Made by a program: the position numbers and the translations under genes. Under the pieces are notes generated by a model. That model was not told the origin of the DNA. It saw only the letters and a program-made list of their open reading frames with translations, and searched no databases. A stretch of DNA of 59,077 bases from assembly GCA_023379265.1 (NCBI GenBank), contig JAMCUI010000020.1:1-59077 (forward strand). The letters run 5' to 3'. This DNA comes from Patescibacteria group bacterium (lineage in GTDB: Bacteria > Patescibacteriota > Microgenomatia > 2-02-FULL-39-11). Shown here piece by piece: positions 11,071 to 19,841 of the stretch; within the stretch, counting starts at the first letter, position 1, and every line of letters starts with the position of its first letter.

Positions 11071-12405
11071 ATGGGCAAACGGATTCAGTTTGTCTTCCTA
11101 GTAGTAAAAACTTTTATTAGCCGCCACATAAAATTCCTGGCCTTGGGATTTCTTGGCGGATTTTTCTTCATCCTTCTCCTTCTTCAAATTTATCCTCTTT
11201 ATATCCAGATTGCAGGACAAAAAGAGCAAATCATCGGCATGGTAGGAAGATATGATGAGTCCAATTTACCCGTATCTATCAGAAATAAAATATCGTTGGG
11301 CTTGACGGCTCTTACTGCATCCGGTTCAGCCACTTCTTCTCTGGCCCTGTCATGGAAAGTGGAAAACAATGGCAAGGACTATATTTTTAGCCTTCCCCAC
11401 AATGTTTATTGGCAAGACGGTACCCAATTTTCTTCTTCAGATGTCAACTACCATCTCAGCGATGTAAAATTTATGCCTATCGATAAATATCTCCTCAAGG
11501 TCAGTCTGAAGGAACCGTATACACCATTACCTATTCTTTTGTCCGAACCGCTTTTTAAGCCTAACCTGGTAGGTCTGGGAGTCTATAAAGTCGCAAAGAT
11601 AGAATACAATGGTGATTACATCACTTCTTTATCTCTTGAACCAATAAAAAGCGGATTGCCGGACATCACTTATAAATTCTATCTTAGTACGGATGACGCT
11701 ATTCTTGCCTTTAAGATTGGGGAAGTAAACACTCTTGAAAATTTAGGCAGGATCGATGATCTTGCCAACTGGAAGAATGTAAAAATCACGCCAGAAACCG
11801 AATTCAATAAATTTGTGGGCATATTCCTGAATCTGAATAATTCCTTTTTCAAGGAAAAGGATATCCGCCAAGCGCTTTACTACGCTACTCCAAACTTTGA
11901 CGATTTTGAAAAAGTGTACACTCCCGTCTCCCCATTGTCCTGGGCATACAGCCAGAAAGTAAGGTTATATAAATTTGATCCTGCAACGGCACAAAAAATC
12001 CTGGCAAAAAGCCCTCTCAGTTCATCTTCAGCACAATTGACCATATCCACTTTCGTAAACCTTCTGGATACAGCACAGACCGTCTCAGATGCCTGGAATA
12101 ATATAGGACTACACACCAAAGTCAAAGTGCAATCCACAGTTCCTTCAGATTACCAAGTGTTTGTCCTGACGTTTAGCATTCCTCCTGACCCTGACCAATA
12201 TCAGTTCTGGCAATCAACACAGGATGCTACCAATATTTCCCACTATAGCTCGTTAAAAGTGGATAAGCTGCTTGAAGACGGGAGAAGAACTCTGAATATG
12301 GATGACAGGAAGAAAATTTACGCAGATTTCCAAAGATACCTTGTCGAGGATGCTCCCGTTATATTCCTTTATCATCCTAAAGTTTATATTGTGGAGAGAA
12401 AATAA
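11071..12405 (+). CDS. Membrane-anchored ABC transporter solute-binding protein, family 5 (OppA/DppA-like)
   Basis: N-terminal TM, LALSWKV...WQDG...DV, and C-terminal VDKLLEDGR...EDAPVIFLY. Confidence 0.85.
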   Translation: MGKRIQFVFLVVKTFISRHIKFLALGFLGGFFFILLLLQIYPLYIQIAGQKEQIIGMVGRYDESNLPVSIRNKISLGLTALTASGSATSSLALSWKVENNGKDYIFSLPHNVYWQDGTQFSSSDVNYHLSDVKFMPIDKYLLKVSLKEPYTPLPILLSEPLFKPNLVGLGVYKVAKIEYNGDYITSLSLEPIKSGLPDITYKFYLSTDDAILAFKIGEVNTLENLGRIDDLANWKNVKITPETEFNKFVGIFLNLNNSFFKEKDIRQALYYATPNFDDFEKVYTPVSPLSWAYSQKVRLYKFDPATAQKILAKSPLSSSSAQLTISTFVNLLDTAQTVSDAWNNIGLHTKVKVQSTVPSDYQVFVLTFSIPPDPDQYQFWQSTQDATNISHYSSLKVDKLLEDGRRTLNMDDRKKIYADFQRYLVEDAPVIFLYHPKVYIVERK

Positions 12406-12407
12406 GT

Positions 12408-12445
12408 GTTTACCCAGTAAATTTATGATCACAAATTTAACTGGG
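12408..12445 (+). repeat. GTTTA-tagged hairpin, copy A, abutting a duplicated tRNA-Leu 3' end
   Basis: gttta-cccagtaaattt-atgatcac-aaatttaactggg, followed by tgccgcgggtgggaatctaacc (12446-12467, one mismatch to the tRNA 3' end). Confidence 0.75.
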
Positions 12446-12518
12446 TGCCGCGGGTGGGAATCTAACCGGATGCGTCTAAATCAGGCCTACCTTTGTTTTA
12501 GGTTTATATGCTTAACTG

Positions 12519-12606
12519 TGCCGCGGGTGGGAATCGAACCCACACAACCGGATTGACGGTTACAGGATTTTAAGTCCTGCGCGTATACCTGTTTCGCCAC
12601 CGCGGC
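12519..12606 (-). tRNA. tRNA-Leu(TAA)
   Basis: GCCGCGG/CCGCGGC-A acceptor, anticodon arm CAGGA-CTTAAAA-TCCTG, long variable arm, GGTTCGATTCC. Confidence 0.93.
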
Positions 12607-12661
12607 ATTCTTTGATATATTATATCAATATTAACACACTTATCGTTAGCTTCAGCTCCCA

Positions 12662-13093
12662 ATGACTAAAAAAACAAATGTCATCAGCATAAGATTCTAT
12701 AAACCAGCTGATTATAAAGAATTATCTGAAAACTTAAAATCAGCAAGGATGCTGCACCTTCCTACTGATTCAGAAATAAATTTCAACAAGAAAATAAAAA
12801 GAAACCCAGATTCAATCCTTATTGGGCAAATCGATGGAAAATTCGCCGGAAATATAGTAATAAGCGAAGACGGCTGGAATGCAGTCCTTTTCAGGTTGGC
12901 AGTGAGTCAAAAATACAGAAAGCAGGGGATAGGTACAAAATTGCTGGAAAAAGCAGTCAATATATTAAAAAGGAAAAGATATGACAATGTACTCCTTATG
13001 GCAGACCCAAACGACAAGGCTCTTATAAAATTCTACAAACACCGCGGATTTCATCCTCTTGTTGAAAGGCTTTTGATGGTAAAGAAACTATAA
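12662..13093 (+). CDS. GNAT-family N-acetyltransferase
   Basis: LAVSQKYRKQGIGTKLL acetyl-CoA motif A and FYKHRGF motif B. Confidence 0.88.
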   Translation: MTKKTNVISIRFYKPADYKELSENLKSARMLHLPTDSEINFNKKIKRNPDSILIGQIDGKFAGNIVISEDGWNAVLFRLAVSQKYRKQGIGTKLLEKAVNILKRKRYDNVLLMADPNDKALIKFYKHRGFHPLVERLLMVKKL

Positions 13094-13098
13094 GTTTC

Positions 13099-13320
13099 CT
13101 ACTTTTTAACAAAATTCTTTGAAAAATATTCTTTGAGCATCGTCATTAAAGTAGTTCTCCTCTTATTTGATTTCAAATATTTTTCTCTTCTTTTTGCATC
13201 TCTCATGTTTTTATATGCCTCATAGTGGATTATCTCTAACGGAATATACAGCTTTGTGGAAATATTTTCGCCCTTATTGTGAGAAATAATCCGTTGTTTT
13301 AAGTCTTCTGAGTAACCGAT
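13099..13320 (-). pseudogene. 5'-truncated small GIY-YIG nuclease (YhbQ/UPF0213 type)
   Basis: Manual translation IGYSEDLKQRIISHNKGENISTKLYIPLEIIHYEAYKNMRDAKRREKYLKS...; no start codon or GIY half, in-frame TGA just upstream. Confidence 0.8.
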
Positions 13321-13543
13321 CTGTACCCGCCCCAGTCACATTCGTATCTGGTTTCTTGCGAAGCCAAGCTCCGAATGGTGCCTGGCTGAGATCTACGGTC
13401 TGGAACCTTCAGATTATTATAGCATTCGCTTCCGGCTATGCTGCCCCTAAAGAACTTATTCTGTAACCGACAGTTAGAGTTTAGTATAACCCTAAGCGAT
13501 CTCGAAATCCTCTTTGAAAACTTGGGGTTGAAACAGCCCGGCC

Positions 13544-13864
13544 TTGCTTACTTACCAATACGACAGCCCTAAAAAGTTCTTTGCTGGCTTTTTAACCACA
13601 AATCCCAAAGTTAAACTAACGCCCGCCCTGAAAATGCTAGGCATGAGGGTATTGCTTGATGAGACAGGCTTAAGAGAGTTTAGGAAAATAACTAAGCGAT
13701 ATGGCAACTCTGTTTGGTACAGCCTGAACAAAGAAATGAAAAGGCTAGACAGAACAGACGAGATTAGCGTGTTCTCACTGCTTAGAAAGCAGATAACCAA
13801 GTTTGAACCGTTAAAACTACTTGCGTTTCAGAATAAAATGTTAAATAATGTTAAATATAACTAA
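13544..13864 (+). CDS. Hypothetical protein, probably a C-terminal gene fragment
   Basis: 106-aa ORF with TTG start, co-oriented and adjacent to the HTH gene; no recognised motif. Confidence 0.4.
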   Translation: MLTYQYDSPKKFFAGFLTTNPKVKLTPALKMLGMRVLLDETGLREFRKITKRYGNSVWYSLNKEMKRLDRTDEISVFSLLRKQITKFEPLKLLAFQNKMLNNVKYN

Positions 13865-13865
13865 T

Positions 13866-14048
13866 ATGACAGAAGAACAATACTACTCCATAGAAGAAGT
13901 GGCAAAGATGTTAAAAGTTGTCTATCTCACGGTTTATCGCTGGATACAGGCAAGCAAACTAAATGCTTGTAAAGCTGGCAAACAATACAGAATAAAAAAG
14001 AAAGATTTAGATGTTTTTTTAACAAACAAAAACAAAATATATGGATAA
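13866..14048 (+). CDS. Excisionase/MerR-like helix-turn-helix protein (HTH_17 type), possible R-M controller
   Basis: YSIEEVAKMLKVVYLTVYRWIQASKLNACKAGKQYRIKKKDL; overlaps the REase start. Confidence 0.85.
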   Translation: MTEEQYYSIEEVAKMLKVVYLTVYRWIQASKLNACKAGKQYRIKKKDLDVFLTNKNKIYG

Positions 14049-14856
14049 AAAAATATCATCAAGCGAAACTATTAAAGCACTTGTTAAAACAGCTGTAGAA
14101 TCTTACGCTGTTGGTTTTAAGGGAAGACATGAGGGTGAAGTAGATAATCCCGATGGAACTCTCAATATGAAAATACACAATGTTTTTATTGCTGCTTTAG
14201 GTCCAGAAATTCAATATTTTACTGCGTTAGTTCGTTCATTGGATAGCTCTCTTGGTAACATGCTCGAGAAGTTAGCAATAAGCATTGCTGAACTTTTTTA
14301 CGAGGTCGATAGAAAAGTAGAGGGCCCTTTAACCGTTAACCAAACCAGAGCTATTGCCGAATTATTAGAGAAATACAAAAGCCACGAAAGAAAACCATCA
14401 GTGGGAGATTACAAAGTCCTAAGAGAAAAACCTCAGGAAAAAATATTAGTTACAAAAAGACACGATAGTGATTACTATTTAATTGATAAGGAAACAGGAC
14501 ATCATTACTTAATTGAATTAAAAATAGGAGGAGATTTAGATAATAAAAAGGCTCGCTCGGAAAAAGAAGCAATCTTAGAGCAATTTGCTATTTTGTCTAA
14601 TACGCTAGACAAGAATACAGAAATTACTATACATTTTGCTACTGCATATAACAGATTTGGAGAAGATAAAGAATGGCAGCAAGAAAGAGTTAAACAATTC
14701 TTCGCAAAAGAGGAGCTTCTTATTGGGAGAGATTTTTGGAATTTTATTTGCAAATCTGATGAAGGCTACAATCTTGTTTTGGGAGCATATAAAGAAAATG
14801 CTTATCTTATTAAAAATGTACTTGGTGAAATTAAAAAATTATACCTAAAACAATGA
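14041..14856 (+). CDS. Type II restriction endonuclease (TdeIII-family-like, PD-(D/E)xK)
   Basis: RSLDSSLGN, D...IELK, FATAYN, LIGRDFWNFIC; coupled to a DNA MTase. Confidence 0.75.
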   Translation: MDKKISSSETIKALVKTAVESYAVGFKGRHEGEVDNPDGTLNMKIHNVFIAALGPEIQYFTALVRSLDSSLGNMLEKLAISIAELFYEVDRKVEGPLTVNQTRAIAELLEKYKSHERKPSVGDYKVLREKPQEKILVTKRHDSDYYLIDKETGHHYLIELKIGGDLDNKKARSEKEAILEQFAILSNTLDKNTEITIHFATAYNRFGEDKEWQQERVKQFFAKEELLIGRDFWNFICKSDEGYNLVLGAYKENAYLIKNVLGEIKKLYLKQ

Positions 14857-15668
14857 GCAAATATAAAATATACTTGGAAGATAGTAGAAAATTCATAAAA
14901 ACAGTCCCAGATAAATCAATAGATTTAATTTTTACAGACCCTCCTTACAACCTAAGTCCCTATTCTACCGGAAATATGAAGTTTAAATGGAGAAAGGAAA
15001 TAAATAATGATTTAGCTCATTGGGATAATATAGATTTCAATCCAAAAGAATGGATTCATGAGTTTAAGAGAATACTAAAACCCACGGGAAACATTTTTGC
15101 GTTCACAAGTTATAACTTATTAGGAAAATGGCATGAAATTTTTGATCCTGAATTTGATACTTTTCAATTCGTAGTTTGGCACAAAACCAATCCAGCTCCA
15201 AAAATAAGAAGAGCAGGTTTTTTAAATAGCTGTGAACTAATTGTTTGTGTTTGGAATAAAGGACATACATGGAATTTTGGAAAACAAAGTGAAATGCACA
15301 ATTTTGTTGAAACTCCTATATGCATGGGTAATGAAAGAGTAAAAAATCCTGTTCATCCAACCCAAAAACCACTCAAGGTACTGAGACATATAATCAAACT
15401 CGCAAGTAATAAAAATGATTTAGTTTTTGACCCATTTATGGGGGTTGGTTCTACTGGTGTTGCGGCCTTAGAACTGGAGAGAAAATTTATAGGTGTTGAT
15501 ATAGATAAAAGTTATTACAATGCGGCAGAAAAACGATTAAAGAATGCATCAAATCCTAATCTCTTTGAGGACTTATCTAACGGAAATGGAATAAAAGAAA
15601 ATGGGAAAACGAAAAGCAAACCCCAACTGATATATCAAAACGATATATTTCAAAAAGAATTTATATGA
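14853..15668 (+). CDS. Beta-class N6/N4 DNA methyltransferase (M.HinfI/CcrM-like)
   Basis: DPPY precedes FxGxG (DPFMGVGSTG); WHKTNP, PICMGNER, HPTQKP. Confidence 0.9.
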   Translation: MSKYKIYLEDSRKFIKTVPDKSIDLIFTDPPYNLSPYSTGNMKFKWRKEINNDLAHWDNIDFNPKEWIHEFKRILKPTGNIFAFTSYNLLGKWHEIFDPEFDTFQFVVWHKTNPAPKIRRAGFLNSCELIVCVWNKGHTWNFGKQSEMHNFVETPICMGNERVKNPVHPTQKPLKVLRHIIKLASNKNDLVFDPFMGVGSTGVAALELERKFIGVDIDKSYYNAAEKRLKNASNPNLFEDLSNGNGIKENGKTKSKPQLIYQNDIFQKEFI

Positions 15669-17153
15669 AAGCAGTTATTTTAACCAGAGTATCAACGCTC
15701 AAACAGGAAAAAGAAGGTCTTTCACTTAAAGATATTCAACTTCCTGAACTTGGGGATTACGCAACCAAAAGAGACTTTGAAGTGGTCAAAGAATTTGTTT
15801 TTAGCGAAAGTGCCGATTACAAGATTAGAAAAAAGTTTAACACGATGATTGATTTTGTCAAAGGGAATGAGGATATAAAAGCTATTATCTCTTACCGAGT
15901 TGACCGCATAACCAGAAACTACTGAGGCGCAGTTAAAATTGACGAGCTGAGGCTTGATTATGGCAAAGAAATTCACTTCGTTTACGACCATTTAACCATC
16001 AATAAGGACAGTGTAGTTAGGGATATACAGGACTGGGACTTAAAGGTCTTTTTAGCCAAGTAATATCTTAACCGATTAAAAGAAGGTGCAATAAATACAG
16101 TCAAATTCAAAATTAGCAGAAACGAGTGGACTGGTAAAGCCCCTTAAGGCTAAAGAAACATAACAAAAGAGGACAGCACTAAGTGGATTGAGATTGAAAA
16201 ATCTGAGGCTCAAGTAATTGAGAAAATGTATGAGTGGTATTCAACTGGCAGTTTTTCAATGCTTGAAGTGAGAAACAGACTAAAAGATGTATTTAACCTC
16301 ACTTTTTCCGAAGGTAAAATTGACTTCATCCTTAAAAATCCTTTCCCTTGTGGGACGATGATTTACGATGGGCAAGAATACCCGCATAACTACGATAGGA
16401 TAATCAGCCCAGATTTATTTGATAAAGCCCAAGAGGTCAAGGCTGGTTACAATAAAAAGCACTACAAATTCGCAGGTTTGCCCTTCCCATATAGGGGGTT
16501 GATTAGGTGTGGCGACTGCGGTTGCATCATTACCCTGGAAAGGAAAACCAAGAAAAGCGGTAAGACCTATCACTACTACCACTGCACTCAATATAACGGC
16601 AAGCACGGGGCAGAATGGCTCACAGAAGACGACCTGACCAAGCTGTTCTCAGAAGCCTTTAGTAAGCTCCAAATGCCAAAAAATGTGTTAATGACATAAC
16701 CACTACTCTCAAAAGTTCACATAAAGACAAATCAGAATTTCATAGAAATCTATTCAATAGTTATCAAGCCGAGTATAAGAAATATGAAAACAGCATTGAG
16801 AAAGCTTGGGAAGACAAAATAGACGGCAGTATTACTAGAGCTACTATGAGGAAAAACGAAAAGAGTAACGGGCAAAACAGAAGGAAATTGAAACTAAGAT
16901 GTCCAAGCTACGATTTGCCTATGAGGAATACTATATAACCTCAGAATACCTCCTAAAACTGGCTTCTAACGCAGGAAAATTGTTTGAGAGTTCTGAAGCC
17001 TACGAAAAAAAGCTACTTTTGAAGATGACACTTCAGAACTTGGAGTTGAAAGGCAAAAAAGCCCGATTTGATTGGATAAAACCGTTTGACAAGATAGCTT
17101 TTTACGCCTCTCGTCTATCTTGGCTGCGGGGCTTGGATTCGAACCAAGAATAA
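15665..17153 (+). pseudogene. Large serine recombinase, fragmented
   Basis: ILTRVSTLKQ and YRVDRITRN catalytic domain, ILKNPF recombinase domain and CxxC zinc ribbon, split by several stops and frameshifts. Confidence 0.88.
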
Positions 17154-17195
17154 ACAGCTCCAAAGGCTGCTGTCCTACCATTAGACGACCCCGCA
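17121..17195 (-). tRNA. tRNA-Gln(TTG), CCA encoded
   Basis: TGCGGGG/CCCCGCA-GCCA acceptor; anticodon arm GCAGC-CTTTGGA-GCTGT. Confidence 0.93.
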
Positions 17196-17294
17196 ATTTA
17201 TTGTCAAAATAAGTGCTATAAAGTGAACGTATATAAACTGATGTTTTACCAATGGACAACCTTGCAATTCACTTTATAAGAAATCGTGCAGTGT

Positions 17295-17329
17295 GTTTAC
17301 ACAGTAAATTTCCTCAGAAATTTACTGTG
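17295..17329 (+). repeat. GTTTA-tagged hairpin, copy B
   Basis: gttta-cacagtaaatttc-ctca-gaaatttactgtg; compensatory CAC/GTG replaces CCC/GGG; overlaps the 3' end of the outer tRNA-like scaffold. Confidence 0.8.
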
Positions 17330-17511
17330 CCGAAGGTGGGAGTTGAACCCACATCCAATTTCTTGAACCAAGTACAAAATTTTGTGTGGGCTGGAGAGGA
17401 GTTGAACCTCCACGGGTTGCCCCATACGCCCCTGAAGCGTACGCGTCTTCCAGTTCCGCCACCAGCCCAAAATTTTTACGGGGCTTCGTCTGCCAATTCC
17501 GCCACTTCGGC
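17328..17511 (-). ncRNA. Outer class-II (Leu-like) tRNA scaffold whose anticodon region is replaced by an insert containing tRNA-Leu(CAG)
   Basis: GCCGAAG/CTTCGGC-A acceptor, TGGCGGAATTGGCAGACG D-arm, CAA-GAAA-TTG variable arm, GTGGG-TTCAACT-CCCAC T-arm; inner tRNA flanked by GTAAAAATTTT / AAAATTTTGTAC. Confidence 0.75.
17387..17468 (-). tRNA. tRNA-Leu(CAG), nested
   Basis: GGGCTGG/CCAGCCC-A acceptor, TACGC-TTCAGGG-GCGTA anticodon arm, GGG-GCAA-CCC variable arm, GGAGG-TTCAACT-CCTCT T-arm. Confidence 0.9.
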
Positions 17512-17710
17512 TTTTAATAAAATTAATCAACTTTTAAGACATTACAGTCTATCTTGTATTTTCTACACTTCGGCAAAAAAAAGTTGTAAGTTGTAGTCAT
17601 ATAACTTTGGTATAGTAACTAACAACTTATAACTGTTTTGAGCGGGCGAATATACAAACCCAAATGACATTCTTTTTTTGCAAATTCCGCATTTTCAAAG
17701 ACAATTTATG

Positions 17711-17782
17711 AGCGGGCGAGGGGACTTGAACCCCTGACCTTCTCCTTGGAAGGGAGACATTCTACCGCTGAACTACGCCCGC
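17711..17782 (-). tRNA. tRNA-Gly(TCC)
   Basis: GCGGGCG/CGCCCGC-T acceptor; TCTCC-CTTCCAA-GGAGA anticodon arm. Confidence 0.93.
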
Positions 17783-17852
17783 AGTAAATGAGGCTATTTT
17801 TCCCTAGCATATCTCCCTTATAAGAATATGCTACTGATAGAAGGAGGGAAAG

Positions 17853-18092
17853 ATGGACCTCAAAACTACTTTAATTTCCTATGTTAATGACGGGATTCTC
17901 GCTGAAAAGTCACCCGCAACGCTAAAAGAATACCATTATAGTCTTAATCAGCTGTTTGAGTATATCAAATGTAAGTTTTTACCTCAAGACACATATACTT
18001 TACCACAAGAACAATCAGTGGATTTACAAACAAATTTCTATATACAGGAATCCTTTTTAACCAAATTTTTATCATTTGAAGTATCTCTATGA
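17853..18092 (+). pseudogene. Probable tyrosine-integrase N-terminal (SAM-like) remnant
   Basis: Strong RBS (aggaggg); EKSPATLKEYHYSLNQLFEYI resembles the SxxTxxxY...L..F..Y pattern; no catalytic domain; adjacent to the att/tRNA. Confidence 0.55.
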
Positions 18093-18724
18093 TAATCTGA
18101 TAATCTAATCTGTGGATAATAGACTAAAAACTTTATACCAAGAATATCTTGAGAATCAACAAATCCTGTGATTAGCGAATCAGCCGCTCCTTGCTCACGA
18201 TTATCCGGTAGAACAAAATACATTCCATCTGGTACATCTATTTCTTGACAATTTTTACCTAATACAGCGGTCTTAGGAACAATGGTTTTCTCAGGATTTA
18301 AGGTATAGGGCTCCACAAGTAATTTTCCATTAAGATGAACAAATCCTCCTTTTATCACAATTTTATCTCCATCTACTCCAATAATTCTACCAATATTAAC
18401 TTTATCTTGATTTTGATTTACTCTATAAACGATGATATCTCCTCTTTGAGGATGTTGAGTTATTTGAAAAAGTAACGGTTTAATCATATAGAAATAATCT
18501 CCCTTGTGTAAAGTTGGACTCATAGAGTCATCTACAATATTATTAGGTTGAATTACAAAAAGGTTACTTAAAATGAGTAAGCCAACAAATATTCCGATTA
18601 CCTTGAATATATCTAAGCCAAGATTTTTAATCGGAGAATTCTTTTTAACTTTTTTTAACAAAATTAAGATTAAAATTGCTAATAAAAGAAGGGAAAGGGG
18701 ATATATGAAAGCAAATATATACAT
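18038..18724 (-). CDS. Signal peptidase I-like protein (S26), catalytic Lys apparently replaced
   Basis: Two N-terminal TMs, SMSPTL..GD, RGDIIVY, IGRIIGVDGD (canonical IKRVIG), DNR....DS. Confidence 0.8.
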   Translation of the reverse strand: MYIFAFIYPLSLLLLAILILILLKKVKKNSPIKNLGLDIFKVIGIFVGLLILSNLFVIQPNNIVDDSMSPTLHKGDYFYMIKPLLFQITQHPQRGDIIVYRVNQNQDKVNIGRIIGVDGDKIVIKGGFVHLNGKLLVEPYTLNPEKTIVPKTAVLGKNCQEIDVPDGMYFVLPDNREQGAADSLITGFVDSQDILGIKFLVYYPQIRLSDYHRDTSNDKNLVKKDSCI

Positions 18725-18945
18725 ATCAACCTTTGAGTTACTTCATCATGACTACCCTGTCAATTAATATGCAAAGAATAACCGTTAGATGAGTATTAAG
18801 AATTTATCTTAGAAACTCACCTATTGGTGTTATTATAAAACTAAGTTAAATAACTTTATCATACAAAATAGTATAGAATGTCTGGAGGCTGTTTTTACGA
18901 GTCATTAAATAATTAAATATCCATACAAGGTAGAAATATACGACG

Positions 18946-19584
18946 TTATCTAATTGTTGCTTTTGGGTCACCAAAACAAACCTGGTGATTATAGTTCCAA
19001 ATCATAAGTGGAAGCATAGACAAATCTTGATCTGGATCAGTACCTGCAACTATTTGTAGTATGTTCTTTCTTATCATATTTTTAGATCTTCTATTCGCTT
19101 CTTCAGCAGTCAGACCTTTAAGAAGCCAAATAGCAACATAGTTTGAAGGTTCTAAAAATTTCTCAGCTGTTTTATCGGTTAAAGGACGGAACAGCTTCTC
19201 TAAATCAAACATAAAATAATAATCTCCGGTATAACCTATGTATGTAGTATTTACATTTTTTGAACATGATAATCCTAAACCATTAGCCGAGCTACACGAT
19301 CTGGCAAAGACAATGGTATTCTTAAAAACATTTTCATTCTCGCCCTTTTTTACCAGAACTTCATTATCATGCCCGGTAACACAATCATCATTACCATGAC
19401 CATTAATCATAATAAAAGTTGGTTGAATTTTTCTTACATAACTTGATAAATTTTTTTTGGTTACTTTTTCACCTGAAATATCAATCATTTTTACTTTTGC
19501 TTCAGCAGCGAATTGGAGGATGTGTTGAGACCACGTATAGAGATAATTTGTGGTGTTATCGTGGTAAGGACGGGTGATGATCAT
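18946..19584 (-). CDS. Putative clan CD (caspase/gingipain-like) cysteine peptidase
   Basis: Hydrophobic strand followed by NGHG (FIMINGHG), hydrophobic strand followed by SC (IVFARSCSSA), then YIGY; matches the His-Cys dyad layout. Confidence 0.6.
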   Translation of the reverse strand: MIITRPYHDNTTNYLYTWSQHILQFAAEAKVKMIDISGEKVTKKNLSSYVRKIQPTFIMINGHGNDDCVTGHDNEVLVKKGENENVFKNTIVFARSCSSANGLGLSCSKNVNTTYIGYTGDYYFMFDLEKLFRPLTDKTAEKFLEPSNYVAIWLLKGLTAEEANRRSKNMIRKNILQIVAGTDPDQDLSMLPLMIWNYNHQVCFGDPKATIR

Positions 19585-19831
19585 TTAAATCTTCATTTAA
19601 CAGATCTTTAAGCGACCTTAGATAGTCAAGTTGCATTTCAATAATTTTCCCGCCAATATTTTTATCTGTCTCTACTAATTTAATTAATTCTTCACCTGTA
19701 AAATCACCTTCCGATCCAATAGATATTTTTTTTCCAGGAGGAATTCTTCTTAATCTTTCAATTACTAACTGTTTTATTTCTTCACTGGTTATTTTTGGTG
19801 TTTTTATATTTATATCCATATGTATAAACAA
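19556..19831 (-). CDS. Small hypothetical protein, operonic with the putative peptidase
   Basis: 91-aa ORF overlapping the peptidase start; amphipathic helices around ISIGSEGDFT. Confidence 0.7.
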   Translation of the reverse strand: MFIHMDINIKTPKITSEEIKQLVIERLRRIPPGKKISIGSEGDFTGEELIKLVETDKNIGGKIIEMQLDYLRSLKDLLNEDLNDHHPSLPR

Positions 19832-19841
19832 TTAATTTACT

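Larger units (their letters stand above)
13321..17120. mobile_element. Decayed integrative island (R-M cargo plus serine recombinase) at the tRNA-Gln 3' end
   Basis: Recombinase remnant runs into tRNA-Gln; HTH/excisionase, REase and MTase cargo; left boundary approximate, placed at the truncation of the GIY-YIG gene. Confidence 0.65.

Noticed and set aside
812-12137. Numerous antisense and alternate-frame ORFs within core genes
   Set aside because: They are shadow ORFs of well-supported genes and have no independent motifs.
15665-17153. Alternative genetic code (TGA read-through) rescuing the recombinase
   Set aside because: It also has TAA stops and frameshifts, and core genes such as pgk and uvrA end in TGA at the expected length.
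17387-17468. Selenocysteine or opal-suppressor tRNA (TCA inside loop TTCAGGG)
   Set aside because: The 5-bp stem and 7-nt loop place CAG at positions 34-36; the 7-bp acceptor and A73 fit Leu.
17252-17596. ORFs over tRNA clusters (also 12302-12556, 25568-25979, 26759-26992, 45422-45610)
   Set aside because: These are translations of tRNA genes or their antisense strands, with no protein motifs.
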